From Octopus bimaculoides (taxonomy: Eukaryota), in NCBI RefSeq assembly GCF_001194135.2, contig NC_068982.1:112334946-112398945 (forward strand): a stretch of 64,000 nucleotides of DNA, in the 5' to 3' direction. This document shows, in pieces, positions 35,994-50,134 of the stretch (positions are counted from its first letter, which is position 1; each line of letters begins with the position of its first letter). Below the pieces are notes generated by a model. That model made no database searches. It had not been told where the DNA came from and saw only the letters and a program-made list of their open reading frames with translations. A program made the position numbers and the translations under genes.

Positions 35994-38900
35994 GGAAGCA
36001 AAACGTTCAGACTAGAGAGAGTAAGTGGAATTGGAATTAGTATTAAAGAACTTTACCTTTGCATTCTATCTTCCACAGTTCTTTTAGAAAAAAATAATTA
36101 CACTTATTTCCATATTCAAAGTCAATTGTCTCAACAGTTGACAAAAGTATCCTATGATGGCGGCAATGATACACGGACACTATTAAACCCACCACCGCAA
36201 CCATTGTCTCTACAGCCACCTTAACTACAGCCAAGAATACCACCACCTAACACCACGACCACCATCACTGCCATCACCATCACCATCATCACTAACTCTA
36301 CTACCACTACATTCAGCATTAGAATCTAGCGCAGCAAACAATGAGACATTTATTTAATCGCTCGATCAACTGGAAATAGCAGTGAAATCTTTCAAATCAT
36401 ACTTTTCTATTTTAGAAAAAGAGCATTTGGACACCTGATATACAAAATAAATGACTGTAATGTAAATCATTTCTATTTGAACTGACCTGGAGGGAAAGAG
36501 GAAAACAAGCGCAAATTTGCCTATCTTTTGTAAACATGCCTCAGAGAGCACGATTAATTTACCTATGAAGGATGTGTGTCTTATTCGATCAGCCCAACAT
36601 AAGCCAGAGCTAAAATCTGGGTGAGACTGTTATATGTTTAAGGATTAACTTTAATTGTTAATTATACACATCGCTTCTGAATAAGAACGAAACTCTCTTT
36701 ATAATTTGTTTCCCTTACTAAGAGATTTTATGTTTATAAAATAAATTATACTGTTCTTGCTACGTTTTACTTTTTCCGGTATGACTTTTATGTTATCAAT
36801 CAAGCGTGATAACATTTCTTTCGAGCTGTCATTCAAACATTTTTTCATCGTTGTCTTTGTTATCGAAATTCTGGATTCGTGCCAGCACTAAAGATTGTCT
36901 TGAAATTCATAACTTGAAACAGAAATTGATAAATTATTTGTAATAGAGACACAACGAAAACGGTTTTAAAACTAATAAAAATAATACACGAAATGAAAAA
37001 AAAATAAAATAAAGCGGATATAAACAATAAAGTAATCATCGAATCGATTTTAATTATAAAAAGAGGATGAAAAGGTTAAATAAGATAAATAAATATAAAT
37101 GCACAGTGAAACTAAAGACAAATAATACAGAAAAAAAAATTAATCAACGTATACTAAGTACAATAAGTACAGCAAATATTCTGTAAAAAGTTTAAATGTG
37201 AATAGAGAAATAATTAAGAAAATTCAAAAAGTACACCTAAACACATTGAGTAATCTAGAAAAATAGATTTCACAATATTAAGATTAATTATTACTGTTGT
37301 TGCTTCTGAATACAGGGTCACATTAGTTGTGTAAACCCTTGTTTGCTCTTTGAAAGGAATGGAGATGTTTTTCAGAAGTAATTAATAGACACATGTGGAG
37401 ACTATCTAATCTGAAACTTCGCGATATGATCATATTGGGTAGGTATATTTATGAAAGGAATGTAGGTTATGTGCCACCTTTATAGTTGATCTGAGAATTG
37501 CAAAAAATGAATGTGAAGTGTCATACACCCCTTGAAAGTTTAATCACGGCCATCTGTAGAGTTTGTCTTTTTTTGTTTCAAGACAGAAGAAAACGTTGCC
37601 AAGGAATTTAATATTCTGAAACTGAAAGATAAAATGAATTTTTAAAGAATATCTTATATAATTCATAATGTAAGATATATGGTAATTCTTCTTTTGTCAA
37701 ACCTAGAGCGCAACGAAAGAAAAGATGCATTTAAAGTAGTTACTTCGGAAAAGAAGGTATTTAGAATTTGTTATCAGTAAACCTGAAAGAACTCTTGCAA
37801 TGCTGGATTATAAATCTGAATGTCAAATGCTAACATCAGATGTAAGGAACATCTCTGTTGTGATTCATAGATAAGGATCTCTCAAATTCATTCACGATGA
37901 TGTCCTCATGGACATCATCGTACAATGTCCTCATGGCACAAGGATACTGCGTTTTTGTATGAAGAATTAAATACTGAAGAATGGGCATACTTGTTTCTTG
38001 CATAAGTTAGATTTCTTTCAAAAGATAATGTATTGGCTCAAGTTGTATTGAAGAAGGATGAACACTGAAAGAATTCTGGTCGAGATATCGAAGGAGAAAA
38101 TCAAATGTGCACATGAAATTTCTGATAACAAACGGAAGGCAAAACGAGCAGACCGTAATAACATTTCCATACGACTCAGTGCAATCAACAAGGCACATCA
38201 GTGCAATGTAACTACTGTTGACAAAATATATTAAACTTCTGAATGAAATTTGAAATTTGTGGAACGAAAAACTGATAGCAAGTCGTTATAACATTTTTGA
38301 AAAAAGAGCATTGCACGTTTGGAATCAAAAAGCATTAATTTTCATCAGCATTGTAGCTACGAGGAAGTTTGTTTACGTGGCCAATCACATTCCGTGTTTT
38401 CTGACATGAGCCGATTATCAACTCACACAAAATCCTTTAGGAATTAACCCCTCAAACTCCCTGACAGTCTGCAAGATGAATCTGTGGACTTTATAATAAC
38501 TCCACAGTTAAGGATCTGCTTGAGACCACTACCTTATAAATATTTCAAGTCTTCTATGGTGAAGTGTTACTCAATTGCATCTTAACAAGTAGCGAAACTT
38601 TTGCAGTTCTCATCCACCAATTATTGTGAACGGAACAAGTTTGGTCAGCAATGTGTATAACCAAAAACAAATTCCAAGCAAGTCTATCAATTAAGAATAA
38701 TATATTAGTTTGTCTCTGAATCTATCCTTAGAATATTACTCGATGGCAAATGCCCAGCTTCTAATCTCATAACAACTTTAACACTAAACTTAGCGGAATT
38801 GCTAAAAAAAAAAAATAATACACAACGCTACGAATCTAGGACAAAATACCTTACATCAAAGTTCTAATCGCCGCTTATCCTTGTTATTAAAATATAACAT

Positions 38901-40880
38901 CATTACGGCGATGATCCGAGGCAAATGCCAGAGCATCAAACCAGATAGTTCTGAGTTCTTGGATGGTAGACTTTATTTAACATCCTGTTTAACTCTATCC
39001 GCTGGTCTTGGGACACCTTTGGTGTAGTCTACTTTGTTGATAGTATTTGGCCCAGTCTCCAGTTTGAAGATAATTTCTTACCTTCCTCCCATAAGCCTCA
39101 GATCCTGAAAATAGGGACATAGGAGAGTCTGTTCCCTCCCTGACTACACGGTACAGACATACATTAGTTTCGTTATGAAATATAAATAATTTTGCTAACT
39201 TGACAATTTTTGACTTTCCTTGGAACAGCTTGATGAAGATAGAAAAAGAAAAAAACACCCAGTAACATTTCACCAAAGACAAGTTACACACTTTCTGTCC
39301 CCGAAAAAAATATTAGCGTCTACTTATTAGTAACATATGCACACTCGGCCAGAACTAAGACGGTCTGCCTGATTTGCATCAGTGAAAACGTTGATAGCAC
39401 GGCTTAATTGATTATCAGAACCACTAGTCGGTGTTCTTGCGACAAGCAGAAATGTAAGTTAAACATGTCCTTTCAGGAAACTCAGTTTTGCATTGCATGG
39501 GAAAGGAAATACCATGGTTAATCCAGATGTTTTCCTCTCCGAGTTCCGAAAATGATTAATGTATCTAGTTTAGACCTCTATTGATATATCATCAAATAGC
39601 AGTAAGTTATTATCTAACCAAAGAGAATTATCACTTATATCAATTTGCAGTATATGTAAGGCAGGTTGAGAACAAATTGCATGTACTATAAGCTGATGTT
39701 CCCTTTATGGACAAGAAATGAGAAACCGGTAGCAGCTGATAAACAACAAAAGTTGTTAGATCGATCTCATTTTCTTGACAGTGCCAAAAAAATCTTTGGA
39801 CTAACCAGGATGTTTACTTTCCTCCAGAAATCTAAACTTTGCTATAGATACACGTTTTTACAGTTTACTTTACATTTCTGCATGCACAAACACATACATA
39901 AACGCATACACACACGTTTGAGTGTGCATTTTTATTATATGTTTTTATGTTATGCACTTTTATAAAATATATTCTAAATAATAGTCACACAATTGAGTCA
40001 TATGACAAAAAATTATTTTGTTAACCTACGCTCTAAAATATAGATGCATTAAAAAAAGTAGTTTCACCCATTAAGACCTTCAACAAAAATATCTCCTACT
40101 TATAAGAAATAATAAAAGCATAAAAAAAGATACCGGATAATTTACACGGATTCTCTTCATAAAATGAATCATATCTGAGTTGATAAAATTCACAGTCACT
40201 TAAAATCATCGCAAGCTTTTGCATAAGTGCCTTTTCAAGAAACACCTCAAGTGACCTTCAAACAAATCAATCCAAGTGATATTGTATTAAACGTCTTCAG
40301 CTAATAAAAGAGTATTAATAGGATAAATTGAAAATTTTAATGATGAACAATATCAGAATAATCCTTGAATTGGAGAGTCTAGTAGAGCTTTACCAGGAAT
40401 ACTATTCTTATAGAAGCTACATAAAAAAAAATAAAAATGCTGGCTTTTGAGAACGATAAAAGTATGCATATATACGTCAATACATGTTAGTATACTTACA
40501 GATATAATTGTACGTTAAATGTATGTATGCTTGATAGTAATTCTTTAATGAATAATAAACTTATATGTATCTAAATATATATTCCCGTATGTGCAATGTC
40601 ACATACAAGATATCTTTCTCAACTTATTGTTTTTCTGTGCACACTTATACATACATATGTACACACACACTGACACAAACACACATACAAACACAGACAG
40701 ACATACACACACACACACACACACACATATAATCGCCTTCAGGTAATAAAATACNNNNNNNNNNNNNNNNNNNNNNNNNNNNNNNNNNNNNNNNNNNNNN
40801 NNNNNNNNNNNNNNNNNNNNNNNNNNNNNNNNNNNNNNNNNNNNNNNNNNNNNNNNNNNNNNNNNNNNNNNNNNNNNNNN

Positions 40881-40914
<34 letters not shown>

Positions 40915-41635
40915 TATGCTTATAGACTTACATAGACACGTTTCATATATATATATATATATATATGCAAGACATAAGATAATCATTTTTGTTTACGTCG
41001 AAATTTTATTAGCTATATAACATATACTTCATTTTCATAATTAATGCCATTCATTCTATCTTTGTATCACTCAGGCACACCTAGACACACACACAGACAC
41101 AGACACAGACACACAACGACACACACAGACGCACACAAACGCGCGCGCGCACGCACACACACACACACACACACATATGATCAATGTTTGAACAAACCTG
41201 AATGGTAAATGATAGTATTTAAATCTACATAGTTTTTGATTTATATGTACTGTCATTTTGTTTGTGATTGGAATTGATGTCATGAAACATTGTTTATAAC
41301 CGGCCTTCATATATTTACATATTTTAATCCATTGTATGTACTGTATATTATAAGGTAGCGATTTTGTGGAATATATATTCAAAATCATATCACATTAGAA
41401 ACCCTACGGAACATAAGAACCCATTTTTAAAAACAGAAAGACACATTGAATTATGTAATTCTAGATACATTGTCATCTGAAAATAAACTAGGACTGTCGT
41501 TGTTGGAAAAATTTGATGATAGGTATATCAAAAGTGAGATGGGGCTAAAACAACAACAACAACAAAGAGAAGAAGAAGAACAACAACAACAACATATTGT
41601 TGCGACAGTTATTGATTGTTTATCATGTGTTCAAG

Positions 41636-41735
41636 CATCGCTGCGTGGTAGGAAGTTTGCTTCCCAACCATTGATTCCAGATTCAGTTCAACGAAAACCT
41701 TATGAGTGAACGGAAACTTAAAGAAGTCCACCGTG
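41636..41735 (+). mobile_element. SINE family 2, internally deleted 5' fragment
   Basis: gtggtaggaagtttgcttcccaacca...ttcagtt | aaaccttatgagtga..cggaaacttaaagaagtcc. Confidence 0.5.
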
Positions 41736-42139
41736 TGTATACATATAGATCATCCAAGGAAAGTCCTTGGATAACTGAAATACAACTATAACATCCTACA
41801 TATATATTTATTTTTTATTTTTATTCTCTTATTTCCCTTTATACTTCCTGTATCCATCCTTTTCCAAAATAGCTCCTTAGATTGAACTCTACTACTTCCT
41901 TCTATTTAACTCTTTCATATCGTCTCTGATACAGGGATATCCCTAATATCTCAGGAACAGCCATAGGACAAACTTTCTCTTTGTAAATGTCTTAAAATTT
42001 CCACGCAGCCTTTGCTTTGTTGTCTCATTTTATTTAACATATACATGCTCACACAAGACCCACATTAGACTCCTCAGCTGTATTATTATCGAACCGAGAG
42101 TCTAACAACGGTCCTTCTGTAGTGCTTACATAGCCTTAC

Positions 42140-42330
42140 CAGCCATTTGTGTGTATATGTGTGTGTATTTTTGTGTGTGTCTGTATGAACATACAGTGGT
42201 TCAGCAAAAAGGCCGAAAGTATAAGTAACAGGCTTAAAATGTTTAGTACTGACGTCATTCCCTTCGTTTAAAACTCATCAAGGAGGTACTCCTGCATGAC
42301 GACTGTCTACTGACTTAAACAAGTAAAGCT
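42140..42330 (+). mobile_element. SINE family 2, 3' fragment
   Basis: TG-rich linker, then gtggttcagcaaaaaggccga...taagtaacaggctt...aaggaggtactcctgcatg...gacttaaacaagtaaa. Confidence 0.45.
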
Positions 42331-42432
42331 AAAAACGTTATCAAAGAAACTAAATGATCGTTAGTCGTTCATATCTCGCTTTTGTGGAGTTGTTTTCTGA
42401 GTTTTCATAATAAATATCAGTATCGTACTTAT

Positions 42433-42605
42433 CTGAGCGGCCGAATCGTTAGAACATCGAAGAAAATAATTACGATACTTTATTATGATTCTTTATATCC
42501 CGAGTTAAAATTTGTGAGGACCATTAAAATATAGTACCAGTAAGAATGGGTTTGATATAATCGACTAACTCCTTACTTAGATTTCAGCCCTTGTGGCTAT
42601 GTTAG
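42433..42605 (+). mobile_element. SINE family 1, diverged and internally deleted copy
   Basis: ctgagcggccgaatcgttag...cgagttaaaattt...tagtaccagt...gatataatcgactaact...cccttgtggctatgttagaaa. Confidence 0.45.
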
Positions 42606-42619
42606 AAATAAACATTCTG

Positions 42620-42832
42620 TTCTACTTTAGGCACAAGGTTTCGAAATTTTGGGGGAGGGAAGCCAGTCGATTAGATCGATCCCAGTACGCTACTGGTACT
42701 TAATTTATCGACCCCGAAGGGATGAAAGGCAAAGTCGACCATGTCGGAATTTGAACTTAGAACGTAAAGACAGACGAAATACTGCTAAGCATTTCTACCG
42801 GCGTGCTAACGTTTCTGACAACTCGCCGCCTT
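42620..42832 (-). mobile_element. SINE family 1, full-length, well conserved
   Basis: Reverse complement of the family pattern, ending ...gtgctaacgtttctgacaactcgccgcctt on the plus strand. Confidence 0.75.
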
Positions 42833-45800
42833 AGTTAGAAATGAATATTAAACAAAACCAACAACAGTGTCTTTACTTTGTTACCCTACGTGATAAAAAT
42901 AACGGATAAGACTCCTTAGAATACAATACTATCTTACAGTCTTGCTCTCTAAGACAAGAAATATAAGAAAGGGTAAAAAAATCTTACAAAGATGGGATAA
43001 TCAGGTTAGAATGTAGCTTAAACAACAACAATAACAACAACACTCTCATACTGGAATGGGTGTTAGTGAAAAGGTAGAATTGTTAAAGTGCTGTATCTTG
43101 TGGTTTCTAATCACAACCTTTCAGTGTTTGACTTTAAATCTCAAATAAGAAATCGAGTAATACTTTTTTTCATTGAATTAGAAAGGGCTCAATCAATGAA
43201 AGAAACAATCAATGACAGAGCTCTATCTTTAAAATTTAGTTTAAGACAATGTGCTAATATCAAAAACATTGCACTGGAATTGCCTTGTTATTGTTAAAGA
43301 TTATTAGTATTTCTAAAATTTTTTATGGATTACACCTCAGCAAATGTAGAAATGTCTTTGTTATATTCTGCACTGATATGAATAATTTTATTGTAATAAT
43401 TGCTTTAGGCATATCAATAAATTCTATCATTTACAGAGGTTTTATTAGATTTATCTGTTTACATTTATGCAGATTACGTTACGCTGATCTAAATTAATGA
43501 TGGTGAGGTTAAAATGTTTGCTACGCAGCCCCGTGTTTTTCCGTTTAGTTTCATTGCGCAGAAATTTGTTGAAACGATTTTACGTAGCGCCTGGGCAGAA
43601 CAATAATCTGTTAGTGAATTTGGTGGACGAAAACTGTGCGGAAGCCGTCATAGTGTGTGTTGCGTGTATGTGCGTGTTAACGTGTGTGTGTGTTTTGTGT
43701 GTATGAGTGTGTGAATGTGTGTATATGTACGCTTGTTTATTTTTGTCTCTCACCGCTTCACAAATGGTGTAAATTTGTTTACGCGAATTTTAGATGTTAT
43801 GTTCGGCAAAGAGATTGATAGAATAAGTAACAAACATAAAATAATTACTGGCATCGATATGATAAAAAAAAAAAAAAATTCTAGATGGTGTTACAGTCAA
43901 AAGTCTGAAATAAAAAAAAAAAAGAAATACATGAACAATACTAACTTGCATGTATTAGGTTTACCAGTAAATACTAAGATGTAATCTATTAATATCAACA
44001 TGTGTACTAGGCTTATTTGTGTATTGTATGATGCAGTTATCAGTTACTAAAGTTATAAAATATGTTAGGTTTAGCTATGAATTCTAGCATTTATGTAGAG
44101 TAATTATTTTCTGCAGGTTTATATATTAATACTAAAATTTATATAGAGTGTGCTAGGTTTTTTTTCTATTAATCCTAACAATTGTGTAGAGTAATGTGCT
44201 GGGTTTATTTAACATCACATCACTATAGTGATTAGACAAACAATGCAGAAGTCATTTTAGTAAACAACAGCGTTTGAGTTATCCAGACATAAATTGCATT
44301 CACGACCTCCTAAAAAAAGTGGTTACCGTTGTTATTGTTAAACTCCAGCTCCACTCTAATCAAGTATGATCGATGGTTTTACAGCATTGACCATCTTGTC
44401 TTTTGTTTTAGTAAAAGCATATCCGAACTATTCTTTCAACCTCATCTGGACGTTACAATCAATGTGATTTGAAGCAAAAGTTGTCGTTATTTCTATCAAA
44501 GCGGTGACCACGTCCAGGTTCTTTTGCGGTTCTAGTGTTGGTATTTTATTCTATCTCTACCGTTACATATAACCTACTTAACACAAAATTAAATACTTAT
44601 GCAACTCTGTTAATGTAATAACACCATAAAATACCCATATGAAAAAAGTTATTAATGCTACTTGATGATAGGGAAAAAAATCAATCTATCAGTCAGAATA
44701 GATGAATAAATAGATAGATTGATTGATTGGTAGTACGCTTATATGTAGGTAGGCTTCTAATCGGCTTAAGAACTGTATGTTGCAAAACATGTGTAATAAT
44801 TCTGGTTTCTTAAAAAAAATATAACTATATTTCTTTTTTATTTTATTTATCAAGGGGATCTTACATTTACCGATTCTACCAATCTGAGAATTTATGTTTT
44901 TTAATTGTTTAGAAAACAAATTTTATTCTACTTTATTTGTTTTCCTATTGAGAGAATATCTATACATTCTCCCAGCATCAATGACTATTTCTTTGCGTCA
45001 GCTTGTTATAAAAATTTGGAAATGTTTATGTTTCTATTTGTAGTTTTTTCAACCCTTAAATATCTAATGGTCTTTTCTCATTTTCATTAGTCTCCATCTT
45101 GTTCCCTCTGTTTACATCACATATTGCTTTATCTTGCTCTTTATATTGATTTGTCCGTAAATGTATTACATTTAGCTGCGCACATATTCACATATTTTTA
45201 GTCTCCCCGCCGATACTTTGCAGTTTTCTACTTTCTTATAGCTTCTATTCTCTTTTCTCTTCTATTAGTTTTCCTGCTTCATCTATTTCTTCCTCAATAC
45301 GCTGCATATTCTATCATACTTTACCGTATTACATTCCTACACATTCATTTTCCTTTTATTCGAAGTATGAAACATTTTTTCTTCTTTGTTTGTTTCGAAC
45401 CGATTTCGAAAACAGCATACATAGAAAAAATAAAAACGAAAACAAAAAGCGAGGTAAAACTGTTGGTGGCGCCACCTGTCCGCCACAGAGCAAAAAATCA
45501 ATGATGATGCTGATAAAAGTTAAAGGATGAAGTGTGTGTTCGGCTGCACTGCATTTGGTAATGCAGAAGAGCAAATCGTGTGAGTTAGAGAAAGCTTACA
45601 TATATTTAGAGAGATAAATATTGATAGAAAAGGGAAAGGAGTAAATAACAGCTAGAGATGCAAGGGAGTAAATATTGAGAGGAAAAAGAAAGACACATAA
45701 ATAGTGCTTATAAGTAGAAAGATAACAACAGACAGAAAACATAATGTACATTAGCAGAAAAAAAAAAGACAAAAACATTGGAAATACATTGAAAAATCAA

Positions 45801-48637
45801 AGATACCAGCAGTAGCAGCAGAAACGAAATAATAAATGAAAGATTTAAAAATTGTGAAAAATGCGACTGAGAAATACTTTTGTATATAAAATTTTATGAT
45901 ACAGAAGTCTGTACTGAATACAGAGTCGTGCTATATAAAGAAATACATAATACCTATCAAAAGGGAGCAAGGAAATAGGTTGTAACTACATAAATCAGAG
46001 GATATAAATCAAAATGTATGTACTATTTTATAATTCAATAAAACAGAAATTACGTGTTTATTGTATAAGAATTTATGTCATTTATACAATATATTTTTAC
46101 GCCTTAATATTGTTAGTACTTATGTTTTTGTCAGAGAACTTTTCGATTTCAATAATTCTCTATGAAGTTTTGTTTTTCAAAGAATTGTCCCTGATATTGT
46201 CGCGGAAACAGAACAATCAATTCATTATCTTATTGAGCCAATATCATAGAAACTTCTATCTTCTAAATGCTTATATGCCTGTGTGGAATACGTCATACTG
46301 CAGCGTAAACAAAACAGACATTTAGCAAAGTATTATGTTTATAAATTATTTTATAAATTCATTAGTTATAATTATTGGTTTTAGTATTTCTGATCATAGA
46401 AAGAAGTGTTAGATAATTTAGATAATTTTAGAGTCGACATCAAGTTGCATTATTGGCATTGTTTATCCTGAGTGTAACTGTAAATTGAACTGCCTCCAGA
46501 AGTATGATGTACAAATATTTAATATTCCTTGCTTTTCCTTAATGAATATATTGAGTTTTGTGAATATATATGAGTCTGAAGTGATGGTTGACAGAAAAAG
46601 AGAATAAGAAGCAGTGAAAAGTAAAGCACAATCTTTAACGTCTATCGTAACCAGATACGTATAAATGAAGTAAAAACCTTGATAAATAAATATCTGAAGT
46701 AAAACTTTATGTAAATACATGCACGATTCAATTAGTATCGTAGAACAAATTGGGAATGAAAGAAAGTTAGGAACATGAACAAGTCTATAGAAATAGCTAC
46801 CAGAAATTGATTATTCTATGCGTAGTATTAAAAATAGCATTTCAGAAGAAATTAATGTAAAATAGAAGGGTGATAGAGTGATACATGTGTTAATTATTTA
46901 TTTCTAAAACAGTATATTCAAGCAAGAAAACAAGTTTGTTGATATCATTAAAGTTTATTGAACTCTGACGTTCTACCATGTACGTATGGGGTTCAACTTC
47001 GAGGCAGGCCTAAGAAATAGACATGATGAAAAGCGTACGAGATGTGGACATAAACCTCTTTTTGTCTATCAGAAATGAAACTGATTATTGTATTTATCTT
47101 TATTGTCAGAGGGTGAGTTATTTGAAGAAAAGTTGAATTTTATTCCTTGTCGGGGAAACGACCATACAGATTCTTGCAGTCAATTTGATCGCTAGTAATA
47201 ACAAAATTTTTCTTAAATATAGTACTAATCTGTTATAAGAGAGAAGTGGTAGAGCGAAGTAGTAAGCATAAAGCCAAGGGGAAAACATTTTTGCACGGAG
47301 TGGCAAAAGAAGACAATTGACTAATCATTTGGTAAATACTTGCTCCCCTTTTTCTCTCTTTCTCCCAGAATATATCAAAACCTCCCTCTATTCTTATCCT
47401 CTCCTGATGTTTACCTCTTCAAATTAGGCTATACTCTCAGTCCCACAGAAAATTAATTGTATATATAGAAAACATCGATCTTCTCAAACAGTATTTTGCG
47501 AAGCCTGTATCGGGATAATCCAAAGCAATTACCATTGAAAATATCATTTTAACTACACCTGTATTGGATCCTTTAGTCAGTACATGATTTGTGTAACGAA
47601 TTTCACTAGCTCATAAATCAAGTGAAAGACAACATGCACACATATTACATACATACGTACGTACAAACATACGTACGTACATACATACGTATGTATGTAT
47701 GCATGCATATGCACACACACACACATATATATGAAGGCGGGTGAATACACATTTTGGTCTAGTAAATTAAAGACAGTTAAGTCTGTCAAGTTGTTATTAT
47801 TTGTTACTGCTAAGAATAATAATCATAGATAATATTGCAGCAATGGAAATATTTTCCAGTTACGTTTAGATGTTTATCAACGAGTAAGAAGAAATGCAAG
47901 ATGGAATGCCACTCTAACTAGTTCGAAGATGACATAATGATAGTTATACCAATCAAACAACTGTGGCGTAATGACAGTTGCTTAGCGTAAAGGGGACAGA
48001 TCGATTATGTCATTAATTCAGCAGAAAACTACTGATTCTTATCTAAGAACTACACCAGATAAGTATAGGTAATTAGTAAGAAATACAAAAATATTGATTT
48101 CAGAGGACAGCCATTGCAAGTGGGATAAAACATGGCAATTTAAAATTGATTTCTAACATAGGAACACAGCCTCAAAATCAGAGACGTGGTATATTTGATT
48201 AAATTAACTTCAGTGCTTGACTGGTTCTTTATTTTATCGTCCCTGTTAGGATGAGAAGCAAAATTGATCACGATTGGCTTTGAAATCAGAAAGTAAATGT
48301 ATACAACTTAATACCGCAAGGCAATTTTCCCGTCTTGCTATCGAATATGATAATCCTCCTACAAGACAGGTATTCTATATAATATTGTTGCTTTCTTATA
48401 TTATCACAAAATTGCAGTTTTGCGAGTGTTTGTATACTTGGTTAAATTGATATCAGTATTAGGTGGTACTTTACTTTTTACAATTTCGCAAAGAAGAAAT
48501 GCAAACTAGACATTGGCAAGAATTGAAACCAACCAACACGGAAATAACCTTTACTAAATACCACAATGCGTTTTCTCTGATGCTCTACAGATTATGTGAA
48601 TCCACTGCCGGATAGTTATTCAATATTAACTCTACAT

Positions 48638-48850
48638 AAGGCAGTGAGATGGCTAATCATCAGCACGCAGGGCAAAATGCTTAGCGGCATTTCGCCCTTC
48701 TTTACGCCCTCAGTTCAAATTCCACCGAGGACGAGTTTTCCTTCCATTCTTTCGGGGTCAATAAAAGAAGTACTTCTTGTAGACTGGAGTCGATGTAATC
48801 AACTTTCCACTCCTATCAAACGCCTGCCTTGTACCAAAATTTGAAACCAA
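48638..48850 (+). mobile_element. SINE family 1, full-length
   Basis: aaggcagtgagatggc...aatgcttagcggcatttcg...cagttcaaattccaccgagg...ggagtcgatgtaatc...ccttgtaccaaaatttgaaacc. Confidence 0.7.
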
Positions 48851-49254
48851 TATTAATTCTCAATAATACGTTCAACTTGGCTGTATAAGGATTTGAATTA
48901 TATATTTTTTAACTCTAGAGGATACAGTCAAAAACCACGAATCGCGATTTCTTTCTCGTTGGGATTCATCCGTCTTTGGCGCGGTTAAAACCATGCCTGC
49001 TATGTTAACTGTGTGACTATTCTTATATCAAGAGAGTTACTCATATGTGAACAGCCTGATTGAATAGTGAGCAACGAAAGCTGACTTTCAGGAAAATAGT
49101 AAAACTAACGTTTCGGTTTACGACCAATGGATTTCAGCCGAAATTTCTATCCCTCATGGATAATGTTTAGTAACTCAGAAAAATACCGTCGTTGTTTAAC
49201 CTATGACCATTATTTGTAAACACAAAAGAGTTATTTACGATATCTGAGTCGTTA

Positions 49255-49340
49255 GATGATGATGATGACAACGACGACGACGATGACTTCAATGACGACG
49301 ACTTCGAAGATGACCAAGACGACGACGACGATGATGATGA
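49255..49340. repeat. (GAT/GAC)n degenerate trinucleotide repeat
   Basis: Direct reading. Confidence 0.8.
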
Positions 49341-49399
49341 CACTTTCAAAAAATGAGCAGCAGAAAAAGAGCAATAACAACGAAGGTAGCAAAAGATTT

Positions 49400-49700
49400 A
49401 TAACATATCCACAAGGCCAATATAAGATTATAGGTTATCCTGTTTTATCTGATATAGAAGTGAAAGAGAATGAGAAAGGAAAAACATTTCAAAGTATAAA
49501 AACTTGCTAGATAACCAAGAAAACTGCAGGACATGTGAGTGATATCATCTCGGTCGTTTTGAGAACATTGGGAACCATTATTAAAATAATTGTTCAAGAC
49601 ACTGCATACATGAGAATTGACAACGGTATTGATAGAGAAGTAGAAACGTTGTCAGCGACAATCCTTCGCAGAATAATGAGTATGGAGGAAATCTGTTGAT
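49400..49700 (+). mobile_element. Highly decayed RLE-type LINE 3' fragment
   Basis: Pieces read SDIEVKENEKGKTFQSIK and DIISVVLRTLGTIIK, resembling ..KE.EK..KY..L and VIPIV.GALGTI.K of fragments A and C. Confidence 0.4.
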
Positions 49701-49844
49701 GTCAAATCTCAAGACATGGCTCTGTTGACGTTATCAGCGAAGTAATCTGCAAATATTCCAGAAATTTATTGGGCTATAATAAATCGAAAACCAGAATTTT
49801 CCTTTTTTCCATTTACAATGAAACATGGGATCTGCTACTATTCT

Positions 49845-50013
49845 CATTTCCTTTGTTATTGTTGTTGTTATTTGTTGTTGTTTTTGTTGCTGTTATTATT
49901 ATTGTTGTTATTGCTATTGTTGTTATTGTTGTTATTATTATTATCATTGCTATTATTATTGCTATTGTTATTATTATTATTGTCATTGTTATTATTATTG
50001 CTATTATTATTGC

Positions 50014-50059
<46 letters not shown>

Positions 50060-50133
50060 CTTCTTCTTCTTCTTCTTCTTCTTCTTCTTCTTCTTCTTCT
50101 TTTTCTCCTGATTATCATTATTATCATTATCAT
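49845..50133. repeat. Compound trinucleotide array (ATT/GTT mixed, then pure GTT, then pure CTT, then ATT/ATC)
   Basis: Direct reading. Confidence 0.9.
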
Positions 50134-50134
50134 T

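Noticed and set aside
39712-39780. Pre-miRNA-like hairpin (caagaaatgaga/tctcattttcttg with inner aacaac/gttgtt)
   Set aside because: A large asymmetric internal loop separates the two stems; not a Drosha-type hairpin.
49255-49510. Poly-Asp acidic protein exon
   Set aside because: The GAT/GAC microsatellite runs into a stop and a decayed LINE fragment; no splice context.
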